Virus record (IMG/VR): IMGVR_UViG_3300026518_000669
Coordinates: 1 to 56,451 of that record
From: a virus
Taxonomy: Duplodnaviria; Caudoviricetes
Length of the DNA stretch: 56,451 nucleotides
Reading direction: 5' to 3' (one strand)
Part shown: positions 1-9,458 of the stretch, piece by piece
How positions within the stretch are numbered: the first letter of the stretch is position 1
How the letters are laid out: each line of letters begins with the position of its first letter
Notes under the pieces: generated by a model
Told to the model about the DNA's origin: nothing
Database searches by the model: none
What the model saw: only the letters and a program-made list of their open reading frames with translations
Position numbers and translations under genes: made by a program

Positions 1-1095
1 CTAGGCTTTCTTTTTCCTCCCCAGCAGTGCCTCGATATTCTCCACCGGTTCTTTAACGTGATGAGAACGTGATTGCAGCTTGGCCACGGCGTCCCTTGCG
101 CGGTGGGGTGCTAGGTGCGCATAACGCTCGGTCATGTTGATGGTGGAATGCCCCAACACTTCCTTTACATCGGCCAGCGGTACGCCTTCCGACACCAGCC
201 AGCTTGCGCAGGTATGCCGCAAGTCGTGAATGGTGAAGTCTTTGATGCACGCCAGCGCGCACGCCTTTTTGAATACCGGGTTAGGGTAGACGTATCGGCT
301 GCCGTCACGCTTGCAGAATACCCAAGGGCAAGAAGGGCAGTAGGTTTGCGCGTATCGGTGCCGCCGTTTGAGCGCGGCCACGGCCGACTCGTTGAGCGGT
401 ATCGTTCTGCGCTTACCAGCTTTGCTGTCCTCTGGCTCCAGGGTTATCAGTGCGTGCTCCCAATTAACGCGCCGCCATTCCAGCTTTAATAGCTCGCCTT
501 TGCGTGCGCCGGTGTGCAGGGCTAGCTCGATGAAGTCGGCCAAGCGCTCGCCTTCGCGGGTGGTTTTGGCTTTCTCGATCAGCGTGTCCGCTTCCTTGCG
601 GGTAATCCAACGCACGCGCCCGGGCGGCTCTTTCAGCATCCGGCCCTTCACAGGGTTGGGTAGCGACCATTCAAGATGCGTGACCGCGTGGGTAATCATG
701 GCGGCGAGTATGGCCAGCTCTCGGTTGATCGTGGCAGGCCCGACGCCTTCACGTTGCCGAAAGGCAATAAAGGCGCGAACGTCTGCGCCTTCTAGCTTGC
801 CCATTACTTTGTCGGCACCAAAGAAGTCGTAGAGTTTGCCGGTGCGCATCTTGATGTCGGCCAATGAGCGCTTGTCCTGACTGGCCAGCAGGTACTCGGT
901 GGCCACTTCGGCAAAGCTGCGCTCGGGGACTTCGTCCCAATAGGATTGGCGATAGAGCTGCGCCTTCCATTTCCCCTCTAGCGCTTCAGCCGCTTGCTTG
1001 TCGGTCGTCCGAGTAGAGCGTCTAATTGGCTCGCCGCCTCCCGGCGGGGATAGGTAGACCCACCAGTAAGGCGAGTCTGGGCGCTTATACGGCAT
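1..1095 (-). CDS. int: Tyrosine recombinase (phage integrase)
   Basis: Catalytic motifs TGARKGE, HDLRHT, LGHS and RYAH; N-terminal arm-binding-like domain. Confidence 0.96.
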   Translation of the reverse strand: MPYKRPDSPYWWVYLSPPGGGEPIRRSTRTTDKQAAEALEGKWKAQLYRQSYWDEVPERSFAEVATEYLLASQDKRSLADIKMRTGKLYDFFGADKVMGKLEGADVRAFIAFRQREGVGPATINRELAILAAMITHAVTHLEWSLPNPVKGRMLKEPPGRVRWITRKEADTLIEKAKTTREGERLADFIELALHTGARKGELLKLEWRRVNWEHALITLEPEDSKAGKRRTIPLNESAVAALKRRHRYAQTYCPSCPWVFCKRDGSRYVYPNPVFKKACALACIKDFTIHDLRHTCASWLVSEGVPLADVKEVLGHSTINMTERYAHLAPHRARDAVAKLQSRSHHVKEPVENIEALLGRKKKA

Positions 1096-1310
1096 GGCTT
1101 ACCTCCCGTTATCGCGCCGGGTGCATCGGTAGTGTGGCTGACCGGTGCATCTCCGGCAATCATCGCTTTGAGTGCTTGTTTGTTGACGTAGGTTTTGCCG
1201 CCGATCTTTAGACCTGGCAGCGTGCCGCTATTTACCCACTTAGAAATGGTGGCGGGGTGGCACGACAATTCTTTAGCCGCTTCATCACGGCTCATTAGCA
1301 TTTCGCCCAT
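978..1310 (-). CDS. Excisionase-like HTH protein
   Basis: LMSRDEAAKELSCHPATISKWVNSGTLPGLKIGG is a MerR/HTH_17-type motif; the gene overlaps the int start. Confidence 0.8.
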   Translation of the reverse strand: MGEMLMSRDEAAKELSCHPATISKWVNSGTLPGLKIGGKTYVNKQALKAMIAGDAPVSHTTDAPGAITGGKPCRISAQTRLTGGSTYPRREAASQLDALLGRPTSKRLKR

Positions 1311-1325
1311 GGCTTTCTCCCAGGC

Positions 1326-1354
1326 AAAAGAAAGCCGCCTCCTGGGCGGCTGTT
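1326..1354 (-). terminator. Intrinsic terminator upstream of xis
   Basis: Stem AGCCGCC/GGCGGCT with an A-run on its left (U-tract on the minus strand). Confidence 0.55.
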
Positions 1355-1375
1355 AATCGTTGCTTGTTAGCGGCT

Positions 1376-1744
1376 TCATGCGTCACCTGGTTCTGGTGCG
1401 GCTGATCGCATTTCTCTCCACGTCTCTATAGCCGCGCATCCTGGGTATGGCGCAGAATCAAGCATTTCATCCGTCGGTTCTACCGGCACGGCTTGCCAGC
1501 CTTCCGGGCATGCAATCTTCCAAGTTTCCCACGCTGACTGCGCCTGCATCAGCCTATAACCTTCACCGCTTCGCTCTACCGACTGCGGCCACTTGCCTTG
1601 ATCGCTAAACCAGCGCTCAAAACGCTCCCGCTGGCTTGGCCTTACAATCTCCGCTTCCCGCTGCCGTGCCTCGATAGCCCGAAGCGCCTCTTCTTCCTCC
1701 GGCGTGCATACTGCAAACTGGTCATCAAATGCTGTGCTAGTCAT
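1376..1744 (-). CDS. Phage early hypothetical protein
   Basis: ORF with GAGG RBS; PEGWQAVPVEPTDEM motif is common in phage Ea-region proteins. Confidence 0.7.
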   Translation of the reverse strand: MTSTAFDDQFAVCTPEEEEALRAIEARQREAEIVRPSQRERFERWFSDQGKWPQSVERSGEGYRLMQAQSAWETWKIACPEGWQAVPVEPTDEMLDSAPYPGCAAIETWREMRSAAPEPGDA

Positions 1745-1755
1745 TATTCACCTCG

Positions 1756-1962
1756 TTAAAGATTGTTATCACCAGGATCCCAGCAAGAAGCACAAACTCT
1801 ATCGTCTGGGTTAGCGTTGGCGTCAGCTATGCGATCAACTAAGCGCTCTTGGTTTCGCGGCGCGTTTTCCTTGATCGTGCAGCCGCACTTGGTGCACTCG
1901 TATTCAAGGAACGGGCCTCTAACGTGTCCCATAAAACCTCCATCCAATAAAAAACCGCTCAA
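1756..1962 (-). CDS. Small Cys-rich (zinc-ribbon-like) hypothetical protein
   Basis: CTKC...CASC; lies in the leftward early operon; start uncertain. Confidence 0.5.
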   Translation of the reverse strand: MSGFLLDGGFMGHVRGPFLEYECTKCGCTIKENAPRNQERLVDRIADANANPDDRVCASCWDPGDNNL

Positions 1963-2022
1963 CGGCGGTAGTCTTTAAACAGTCGTGTCGATAGTCGCCA
2001 TGGCGGCGTATTGAGTATGCGC

Positions 2023-2208
2023 CTACGCACTGCCAGCGCGGCGATGCGGCGTGCGTTGGGTAGTTGATCGAGCATATTCAGTGCACCGAACTATGACGAC
2101 GCCCTTGTGCTTGCTCATTGGCGGCATCTGGCTAAACGGTAGGTGGTTGCAATCGGATAGGGCGTGGCGGCATGCTGTGCACTGCCCGCCCTTGGGCTGA
2201 TGGGTCAT
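2023..2208 (-). CDS. Small Cys-rich phage protein
   Basis: MTHQPKGGQCxxC...C...C pattern; GAGG RBS. Confidence 0.65.
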   Translation of the reverse strand: MTHQPKGGQCTACRHALSDCNHLPFSQMPPMSKHKGVVIVRCTEYARSTTQRTPHRRAGSA

Positions 2209-2221
2209 TGCTGGGCCTCAG

Positions 2222-2653
2222 TCACAAACTTGTACTCCCAAATTCGCACCGCTTCCCTATGCTCTCAATTCGTTGCATCACACGCTTGGCAAGCGGCTGG
2301 TATTGTGGAGCGCGGTAAATTGACGGATGTGCGACTACCGCTACACACCGTTTTGCATCAACCAATACGTATCGGATGCTCTCGACATGCGCCGCCAGCA
2401 CCTGTTCTCGCCCCTCAAGCTCAGCAACGCGCTCAGTCAGCACCGCATTTGCATCACGCTCACTTTCTAGCGCCCGCGGATTGCACTCAGCATGCAGCCG
2501 CTTGGCTTGTTCCAATTCGGAACATGCCACCGACTTGGCCGCATCCATACCCTGCTGGGCGGCTTTAGCCTGGCGTGCCAGCAAATACTCCAGCTCGGCA
2601 ATGCGCTTCTGTGCGTCGCTCAGCTCGCCCTCTATTCGCTCCATTGGTGTCAT
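2222..2653 (-). CDS. Coiled-coil early protein (Ead/Ea22-like)
   Basis: Heptad-rich sequence (RIAELE, RVAELE); operon context. Confidence 0.65.
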   Translation of the reverse strand: MTPMERIEGELSDAQKRIAELEYLLARQAKAAQQGMDAAKSVACSELEQAKRLHAECNPRALESERDANAVLTERVAELEGREQVLAAHVESIRYVLVDAKRCVAVVAHPSIYRAPQYQPLAKRVMQRIESIGKRCEFGSTSL

Positions 2654-2658
2654 TTTGA

Positions 2659-2913
2659 TCAGCCCTCTAATTGCTCACGCAGCTTAGCAACATAGGTTTC
2701 AAGGTATTTCAGCTTACACGCTGGGCATATAAGCCCGTTGGTAACACCATACGGCTGGCTGAATCTCAGTTCGGCAGTGATATAAGCAGGCCCAACGTCA
2801 CGACCATCGCCGCTATTTACTCGCGCCCTAATAACCCCGTCGCTCTCACCGCACTCTTTACCGCAAATATCGCAAGTAACCTCACTGATTGTTCTCTGCT
2901 TAATGCCCATCAC
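2659..2913 (-). CDS. Hypothetical Zn-finger protein
   Basis: CDICG...CPAC; coupled to neighbouring genes. Confidence 0.65.
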   Translation of the reverse strand: MMGIKQRTISEVTCDICGKECGESDGVIRARVNSGDGRDVGPAYITAELRFSQPYGVTNGLICPACKLKYLETYVAKLREQLEG

Positions 2914-3119
2914 GCCGCCCTCATGCTAGCCAACTGCTTAGCCTGCTCGGCTACCTCAAGCCGCAGCTTGGCATTCTCAATCGCCAGTGCGTCGTTTTCT
3001 GCTAGCGCGGCCTCTTTTTCATGCTCGCAATCTTCCCAGCGCGATAAAACGTGATCAAGAAAGTCGTCAATCACTGCTTCGCGTTCGGCAGCGGTGCCGT
3101 TATGTACGGGTATCAGCAT
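2910..3119 (-). CDS. Hypothetical protein
   Basis: GGAG RBS; overlapping operon arrangement. Confidence 0.6.
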   Translation of the reverse strand: MLIPVHNGTAAEREAVIDDFLDHVLSRWEDCEHEKEAALAENDALAIENAKLRLEVAEQAKQLASMRAA

Positions 3120-3297
3120 GGTTATCTCCAGTAATGATGTAGCGGTCGCGGCTTGGGCCGACTAGCGGTTTCTGCCCAGGCGCTAAGTGCCAGTCGAATT
3201 CATGCAAGCACTCGTCGCACTGTTTCAGATTGATTGAGCGAAACAGCCGTAGGCGCTCACTGCCGCACTTTGGGCAGCGTTTGGTTGTGGGTTTCAT
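3100..3297 (-). CDS. Small zinc-ribbon protein
   Basis: CPKC...CDEC; abuts the MTase stop codon. Confidence 0.6.
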   Translation of the reverse strand: MKPTTKRCPKCGSERLRLFRSINLKQCDECLHEFDWHLAPGQKPLVGPSRDRYIITGDNHADTRT

Positions 3298-4074
3298 TCA
3301 TGCTGCCTCTTCGCTATCAGCGAAAATGTCTAGCTGCTGTTCGCTGCTAGGCTTCTCTATGAATTCGCAGGTGACGATCTCGACCTTTGGGCTAACGCCA
3401 TGCCACTCGGCTTGATAAACGGTGGTGTCGATGCCGCAGTTATTGCTAAGAGTGATGCCGGTTTGCTTCATGAATGTTCGGCACCGGTCATTGATCTCTT
3501 CGCGATAGCAGCGCTCACCCGAGTAGCGAAAAGATGCGGACTCTTGAGGAATGATAAAGGCGCCGAAGCTGGATATTCGCGAGCCCATTTCGATCACTCT
3601 GTACTCGAATAGACCGCCGCGGTAATTTCCTTCGTAATTGCCTGTCTTGATTTTCCCAAACGGCGGATTCGAGACTGACCAATCAAAGAAGCCCAGCCCG
3701 CGATACAGCTCCTTGTCGAACACGTCGCCTTGTATCCATTCCGCATCCGGCAGCACTCGCTTGCCAACCTCAATGTAAGCCTCGCAATACTCGACGCAGA
3801 CCAAGCGCGTCGCTTTCTGCTCTAAAGCAAAGCCCAGGCGGCCTATCCCAGCGCAAAGATCAATAATCGATACGCCATCGCTGACCTCTATCGCAAAGTC
3901 GCGGGCCAATCCCTCAGGCGTAAAAAAGGCGCCGCTTAAACTGTTAAGGGCGCCCGCTGATTCTTGGTAGTTTTCGAGGATGAAATATCGCTCATTCTCG
4001 CTAAGCCTTCGGTCTGAGTGCACAAGCTCCATCACTTGATTTTGAAGCTGTGACTGTTTTTTCGATAGCCTCAT
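3298..4074 (-). CDS. Orphan DNA amino-methyltransferase (N6-adenine type)
   Basis: FFTP, SAM-binding DLCAGIG and catalytic NPPF motifs; no adjacent restriction nuclease. Confidence 0.85.
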   Translation of the reverse strand: MRLSKKQSQLQNQVMELVHSDRRLSENERYFILENYQESAGALNSLSGAFFTPEGLARDFAIEVSDGVSIIDLCAGIGRLGFALEQKATRLVCVEYCEAYIEVGKRVLPDAEWIQGDVFDKELYRGLGFFDWSVSNPPFGKIKTGNYEGNYRGGLFEYRVIEMGSRISSFGAFIIPQESASFRYSGERCYREEINDRCRTFMKQTGITLSNNCGIDTTVYQAEWHGVSPKVEIVTCEFIEKPSSEQQLDIFADSEEAA

Positions 4075-4083
4075 TCAGCCTCC

Positions 4084-4287
4084 TTATGCGCTATACCGCG
4101 TCACGTAGTTTGTAATGTCTCTTGCCGCACTCACGCCGCAGCCGTACTTCAACGCTAAGCGCCGATAGCTCATGCCGTGGCGCTCTCGGTCGTGGCGCAT
4201 TGCTCTAACCTGGGCGTCAGATAGCACGGCCTTTTGATGGCATTCGCCGCAGCGGTGGCCGGTGGGTGCGCGGGCTATCTGGCTCAC
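4084..4287 (-). CDS. Small HTH DNA-binding protein
   Basis: GTG start at 4287; VLSDAQVRAMR...SYRRLALKYGC HTH. Confidence 0.6.
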   Translation of the reverse strand: MSQIARAPTGHRCGECHQKAVLSDAQVRAMRHDRERHGMSYRRLALKYGCGVSAARDITNYVTRYSA

Positions 4288-4463
4288 AGCACACCGAACC
4301 ACACCAGCCAGCCGTGCAGCACGCCTACCGGAAATATCACAGCGCCCAGCACTAGCAGCACCCACATTTCTTCATTAATGGCTGTAACGAAGTGCTGGAT
4401 ATAAGCGCCAAAAGTGGCTAGCGCGATACCGATAAAAAAGATGATTCCGAATAGTGACTGCAT
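4284..4463 (-). CDS. Small two-TM membrane protein
   Basis: ATG at 4463 with GGAG RBS; two hydrophobic stretches. Confidence 0.65.
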   Translation of the reverse strand: MQSLFGIIFFIGIALATFGAYIQHFVTAINEEMWVLLVLGAVIFPVGVLHGWLVWFGVL

Positions 4464-4498
4464 AATGATCTCCAGATAGTAAAAAGCCCCTTTCGGGG

Positions 4499-4879
4499 CT
4501 AGGCTCTGCGTTGTTCGGCGGCTAGCTGCCTGCCAACCGTTTGATGTGGCCACGACTGCCATAGCTCTGCTGGCAGCAAGCGCTTGAGCGTACCGTAGTA
4601 AATGCCTATGTCAGCGGCTAGCTCTGTTCGTGATAAACGTCTGGCCATGTAATGCTTTGCCACCTCAACCAGCGGCTTACCCTTTTGCTGCTCAAAGTTA
4701 CTTACCGCTAGCTCAGTGCAGTGACGGGGCCTGACCAGGCCGAGCGCCCTGGCGCGTACGCAAACCTGCTCACGAGGCCTTTTCAAGAAGGCGGCTATGT
4801 CGTCAATGGGGGTGCTAGTTGGGTAGTGGCGCTTAAGGTAAGCGTAATCAGCTAGCGTCCAGGGAGGTTTCGTAGCCAT
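4499..4879 (-). CDS. Hypothetical DNA-binding protein
   Basis: W-T...YLKRHYP Myb/SANT-like start and a C-terminal HTH-like segment; flanked by terminator-like hairpins. Confidence 0.65.
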   Translation of the reverse strand: MATKPPWTLADYAYLKRHYPTSTPIDDIAAFLKRPREQVCVRARALGLVRPRHCTELAVSNFEQQKGKPLVEVAKHYMARRLSRTELAADIGIYYGTLKRLLPAELWQSWPHQTVGRQLAAEQRRA

Positions 4880-4928
4880 AAGCCCTCCAAAAGAAAAGGC
4901 CCCGCAGGGCCTCGTTGTGGGTGAGTGC

Positions 4929-5735
4929 TTAGCGCGGCGCGTCGGCGTGGAGGATCATCACGTCATCGCCCAGCGTTTCTTTGATGCTGGCCATGGTCTG
5001 CGAGAACGCATCTTCTAGCAGGCGCTCAGGGCGCAGTAGGTCGAACCACATCACCAGCTGGCCGTCACCAATGCGATAGCGCAGCCGGGCATCTAGCGCG
5101 TAGTGGTCACCACCTTCAAATACTGGAATGCCCAGCTTGAACACCTCGGGAATTTCAATCGTCCCTTTGCCAGCCGTGCCTTGAATTTCCTCGTTGTAGG
5201 TAATCTGCACCTCGCCGTTATCCAGGCGAACGCCGCTTTGGAAGTCGACTTTCTTTTTGGCTTCCAGCGTGCGGCTCACCATAAGAATGTCACTTCCGCT
5301 GGGCTCTTGAACGTCCGGCAGGTTGTCTTCGATGAACTTAGCGAAGTCATGCTGCGTCATCTTCTTGCCGTCTGCTTTCGACCACGTTTCCCAGCTGCGT
5401 GAGTGCGGACAGGCGTAGGTGGCGCGATGCCTGCCCCAAGCAGGCGCATCTTTTTCAGGATGATCAATCACAGCGGTGAAGCGTGTGTTCGACAGGTCTG
5501 CGTACACCGTTGTAGCTTCGTTCTTGAAGCGATTTACGTAGATGGTGAAGTCGGTGGCGTTATGGATGGTGACCGTTTGCGCTGTGATCCGGGGTGCTTT
5601 GCGATACTGCTCAAGGTCTTCAATGCGGTAGCCTTCTGGCAGCATGACCGCTTCGTCTTTTTCTGGATCAAATCCAGCCATTTGCGTACCGGCGGCGATA
5701 GCGTCAGCAACGAAGGTTTGGTTTAGCTCTGTCAT
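4929..5735 (-). CDS. DUF2303 (YfdQ-like) protein
   Basis: AVIDHP...WGRHRATY, QHDFAKFIEDN, IPVFEGG and ARLRYRI motifs. Confidence 0.85.
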   Translation of the reverse strand: MTELNQTFVADAIAAGTQMAGFDPEKDEAVMLPEGYRIEDLEQYRKAPRITAQTVTIHNATDFTIYVNRFKNEATTVYADLSNTRFTAVIDHPEKDAPAWGRHRATYACPHSRSWETWSKADGKKMTQHDFAKFIEDNLPDVQEPSGSDILMVSRTLEAKKKVDFQSGVRLDNGEVQITYNEEIQGTAGKGTIEIPEVFKLGIPVFEGGDHYALDARLRYRIGDGQLVMWFDLLRPERLLEDAFSQTMASIKETLGDDVMILHADAPR

Positions 5736-5738
5736 TAC

Positions 5739-6116
5739 TTACACCTGCTTCAGTTGGGTGGGTTTGGTTTCTTCAGCGAGCTGCTTGGCTTCACGCTTCT
5801 GTAGCTCTACTTCGCGAAGGTCCATCTTCTGCTGACGCGGGTCTTCTAGCTGCAGCTGCATGTTGGCGTCCTCAAACATGACGCTTGCCCCGCGATCGAA
5901 CTGTGGCAGCTTCGATTTAATTTCATCGGACAGCATGAACATGCCGGGCATGCCTTTTTCTGGCTTGATCTTCACCTTTAGGGTGATCTCGGCCATCTTG
6001 CCCGTGTCTTTGCAGCGCTCTTGCGCTTCGACCAGGGCTTCTGATAGCTCTTCCAGTGTTTGGCCACGGCGTAGCTTGGCCAGCATCATGGTGAATGCTT
6101 GCGGGTTGATTTCCAT
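5739..6116 (-). CDS. Conserved partner of DUF2303 (YfdP-like)
   Basis: TGKMAEITLKVKIKP and DPRQQKMDL motifs; immediately upstream of the DUF2303 gene. Confidence 0.7.
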   Translation of the reverse strand: MEINPQAFTMMLAKLRRGQTLEELSEALVEAQERCKDTGKMAEITLKVKIKPEKGMPGMFMLSDEIKSKLPQFDRGASVMFEDANMQLQLEDPRQQKMDLREVELQKREAKQLAEETKPTQLKQV

Positions 6117-6180
6117 TGCGTGTTGCCTCTTGCGGTGGGTTGGGGCCACTGGCCCCAGGTGGGTAAATCGTCAGGGCATT

Positions 6181-6203
6181 AAAAAGCCCCTGCGTGAGGG
6201 GCT
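6181..6203 (-). terminator. Intrinsic terminator after yqaJ
   Basis: AAAAAGCCCCT-GCGTG-AGGGGCT. Confidence 0.6.
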
Positions 6204-7839
6204 AGGCTGCGTTCAGTTGGGCCATGGCTTCGGGATACCCTGACCAGTTATCCACGCCTGCGGCTTTCAAGGCGTCGAGCATGGCCTGGGCAGCGAGCAA
6301 TCGGTCATACTCCTTGCGCGAGATAGTGACTTGCTCGGGCGCTTTCGCCTGGCTGCCACGCTGGAATGATTCGGCGGCAGCATGAAGGCGGCTAGCATCA
6401 AGCGGCTTATACTCGGCAGCGGCGGGCAGTGGTTCAGGCTCTGGCTGCGGCTCTGGTTTGCGCTTCTCAGCTTCCTCGGCTTGGCGTTTAGCTTCAGCCT
6501 CGGCGGCGTCACGCTGCGCCTTGGCCGCTTCCTCCTGGCGGATGCGCTCGCGCTCGGCGTCTAGCTTTGCTTGCTCGGCGGCTTTGTGCTGTGCGATGCG
6601 TGACGCAATCACCGCCTGCAAGTCGTCGCGCTGTTTCTGAATCAGGTCGCGCCAATCGCTAAACAGGAAGGCATACTCGCCTTGCTCGGTATCTAGCAGC
6701 GCCTTGTTGCCATTGATCTCGTTTGCTAGCTGCTGGCATTCGACTTTGGCGCGGGCTACCTCGTCATCGGCGGCAGCTTGCAGGGTGGCGATGGTCTTTT
6801 TTCCCTTCATCGCGCCTACAATATCCAGGCTGTGCGCGGGCACGATTGGGCAATCCAGCTTGGCAAGAAAGGCATCAAACGCTGCAGCCGCATTGCGCTG
6901 AATCTCGATGCGCCGGTTTTCTTTCTCTGCCTTCACCAGCTTGTTCAGATAGAGCCGCTTTTGCCGCATGGTTTCGCGCAGCTCGTCGATGGTGTCGAAC
7001 AGCTCGGCAATGCTGGCGGTTTGCTCTAGTGCGCGCTGCTTGCTTTCTTCAAGCTGCTTCTCGCCTTTCTGCAGGAACTTGACCGTGCTTTCTGCGTCGG
7101 CAAAGTCCTTATCGGTGACTAGCTCCGTCTTGATACTGTCGATCATCGCCAGCGCTTTGGCTTTGAAGTCCGGTAAGTTCGACGCCTGCACGCCGCCGGT
7201 CATTTGAATGCTGAGCGCGGGCAGCTTGTCCGGCGCTTCGCCTTGCGGCGCTACTTTTTGCTCTTGCGGCTGATAGGCTTCCAGATCCGCTTTGAACTGT
7301 TCCCAGCCTGCAAACAGCGCCGCGATGCGCTCCGGCGTGGTGGTGTACCAGAACCAGTTGCAATCCTCCTCGGTACCGTTACTCGACATAAATAGGCACT
7401 TCTCGGCACCGCTGACGGCTAGCTGCTGGTCCATCTGCACTTTGTAATGCTCGGGCAGCGTTTCGGCGGTGGCGGTGCGCAGCTCGTCGTTCGCCAGTTT
7501 GTGCTCCCAGATCACCGTTTCCATCATGGTGCAGCCGTCGAAGCTGGCTAGCATCCATGGGTGCTCGTCGTGGGTGGCGGTGCAGGGGTAGAGCTCCTCA
7601 CCGATGATGCGCTCGGCAATCGGGCGTGCGCTGGCTTCGGCGGCATGGCCCTTGTCGAAGATGCGCTGCTGCGCTGGCGTTATCTCCGGCACTTCGCCTG
7701 TGTATTTCTGCTTGAGCAGGTCAGATCGTGACTGGTACTTGCTGACCCCCGCCATTGCCGGTGCTTCGCTAGCCGTAAAACAAGAGGCGCGTAGCGCGCC
7801 CCATTCGGTTGAGCCTTGAACTACGTCATGGATGTTCAT
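6202..7839 (-). CDS. YqaJ / lambda-exonuclease-family recombination nuclease with coiled-coil extension
   Basis: QGSTEW..LR, TASEA, GHAAE, ASFDG, EHK and Y..Q..QQL motifs. Confidence 0.9.
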   Translation of the reverse strand: MNIHDVVQGSTEWGALRASCFTASEAPAMAGVSKYQSRSDLLKQKYTGEVPEITPAQQRIFDKGHAAEASARPIAERIIGEELYPCTATHDEHPWMLASFDGCTMMETVIWEHKLANDELRTATAETLPEHYKVQMDQQLAVSGAEKCLFMSSNGTEEDCNWFWYTTTPERIAALFAGWEQFKADLEAYQPQEQKVAPQGEAPDKLPALSIQMTGGVQASNLPDFKAKALAMIDSIKTELVTDKDFADAESTVKFLQKGEKQLEESKQRALEQTASIAELFDTIDELRETMRQKRLYLNKLVKAEKENRRIEIQRNAAAAFDAFLAKLDCPIVPAHSLDIVGAMKGKKTIATLQAAADDEVARAKVECQQLANEINGNKALLDTEQGEYAFLFSDWRDLIQKQRDDLQAVIASRIAQHKAAEQAKLDAERERIRQEEAAKAQRDAAEAEAKRQAEEAEKRKPEPQPEPEPLPAAAEYKPLDASRLHAAAESFQRGSQAKAPEQVTISRKEYDRLLAAQAMLDALKAAGVDNWSGYPEAMAQLNAA

Positions 7840-8603
7840 GCCTGCACCTCGTTAATAGCTTGCTTCTGTTCGTCGGTGAGAATCGCCTTGCTGCTGACCA
7901 TGGCGATAATCTGATCGGGCGTGCGCTTACCTGACTCAATGGCGGACTGCCAAGTGGGAAAGTTCTTCTTAAAGTCGACGTCGCTGTAATACTCCAACGC
8001 CTCACGCTGCGGCGTAACGTCCCGCTCAACGTTGGCGCTGCGGTAGCGGTCGGCCTCGTCCTCGTCGATAATCCCAGAGAGGCCGAAAGCGTAGCGGGCG
8101 CACTGAATTGTGGCCTTGTGGCGCAGCATGCGGACTGGCCATTTCTTCCATGGCTCAGAGTTACCCTGGCATTCGCTCAGATACTCAGTGACCTCGGTGG
8201 CGCGCCCCCGATCTTTGCGGTAAATGCGGCAAGTGATCGCCATTAGTCCGCCGTTATCGTTCAGCTTGTCATCAAACTCCATGCCATCGAACTGCGGGTG
8301 GGTATTAATGACTTTTAGCCAGCCATCTATGCTGACAATGGGCTGAATGGCACCGCGATTGTTGAACGCGTAAATCTCTTTTGTTAGCGGGTTAAGACGG
8401 TACTCGTTGGCAATGGACATAAAGACCATCAGCTCTTCATGGCTGACCTGTTGGTTGCCGCCTTTCGCCTTCATCAGCGTGTTGGTCATGATCTGCTGGA
8501 CAGTGTCAGGGTCGACGCTAATACGGCTGGCCATTGCCTGAAATGGGTTCGTGGCCTGCACCTGTTGGCTTGGGTGCTGATGTACTTGGGCTGATTGACT
8601 CAT
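7836..8603 (-). CDS. bet: Bet/RecT single-strand annealing protein
   Basis: LNPLTKEIY, PIVSIDGW, PWKKWPVRMLRHKATIQCARYAFG motifs. Confidence 0.92.
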   Translation of the reverse strand: MSQSAQVHQHPSQQVQATNPFQAMASRISVDPDTVQQIMTNTLMKAKGGNQQVSHEELMVFMSIANEYRLNPLTKEIYAFNNRGAIQPIVSIDGWLKVINTHPQFDGMEFDDKLNDNGGLMAITCRIYRKDRGRATEVTEYLSECQGNSEPWKKWPVRMLRHKATIQCARYAFGLSGIIDEDEADRYRSANVERDVTPQREALEYYSDVDFKKNFPTWQSAIESGKRTPDQIIAMVSSKAILTDEQKQAINEVQA

Positions 8604-9046
8604 GCTGCATCTCCTGATTGATGTTTGCGTCGCTTGCCGGTAATTATCATGCTGACTTGTGACTGGGTTATGCCGAACCTCTTGGCTAGCTGGTATTGAT
8701 TGCGGTCTTTTGAGCGAGGCTTGTAGAGACGCCTTATCTCTTCCGCTTGTTCATCTGTCAGCTTTGAATTACCAATCATCTCTCCTTTAAGCCCGCGACC
8801 TCTTGAGTGCATATCGGCTATATTGTCAGCCTGCGTTCCTAGCTCCAGGTGCTCTGGATTGACGCACTTTGGGTTGTCGCATTTGTGACGAACTACCTGC
8901 GCATCTATATCTGAAATGTCTAGGCCGTTGGCCTGGCAGTAAGCGAGACGATGAGCCAAAACCTGCTTACCTCGGTGTTGCAGGTAGCCGTATCCAGCGC
9001 CTCTACACTTAAACTGATGTTCTGAGCATTCGCTTTTAAGCAACAT
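8600..9046 (-). CDS. HNH endonuclease with C-terminal HTH
   Basis: AHRLAY...VRHKCDNPKCVNPEHLELGTQADN. Confidence 0.9.
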   Translation of the reverse strand: MLLKSECSEHQFKCRGAGYGYLQHRGKQVLAHRLAYCQANGLDISDIDAQVVRHKCDNPKCVNPEHLELGTQADNIADMHSRGRGLKGEMIGNSKLTDEQAEEIRRLYKPRSKDRNQYQLAKRFGITQSQVSMIITGKRRKHQSGDAA

Positions 9047-9125
9047 GGTGTTACCCTCCTCATTGATTCGTTTTGCGATGGATCGATGAACGGCCCGCTA
9101 CCTGTTCGCGCAGGAGCGGGTTTTC

Positions 9126-9458
9126 TTATTTCTGCGGCAGTGGCGGCAGGGGCATCCAGTGAGTTGGCGTCACATCACAGCGGTCGCCGTCCAGATAGCG
9201 CCAGGGCCGGTGAGGGTTTCCGCAGCGCTGAACGAAGAACGGACCCAGCTCCTTTCGCTTACCTTTGCGATACGCCAGCACCTCTTGCCCATTCTCCGGA
9301 AGCCTCTCCTCAACGCTTATCCACCCAGCCAACAGCGCCTCTAGCTCGTCTTGCTCAGCAGCATTAAACCGGCTGCCACCTTTGGCCACCGGGTAGACCA
9401 TGCCGACGCCTTCAACGAAGCGTGGCGGGCCGGTTACTTTCCACTGGTTCATATCCAC
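9126..9458 (-). CDS. DUF551-like phage protein
   Basis: WISVEERLP...THWMPLPPLP. Confidence 0.85.
   Translation of the reverse strand: MDMNQWKVTGPPRFVEGVGMVYPVAKGGSRFNAAEQDELEALLAGWISVEERLPENGQEVLAYRKGKRKELGPFFVQRCGNPHRPWRYLDGDRCDVTPTHWMPLPPLPQK

Noticed and set aside
55-72. AACGTGA repeats (55, 66; inverted at 55562) and an IHF-like TATCAGTTGCTTA (55593) as att arm sites
   Set aside because: Plausible but too short to support without the attL sequence, which is outside the window.
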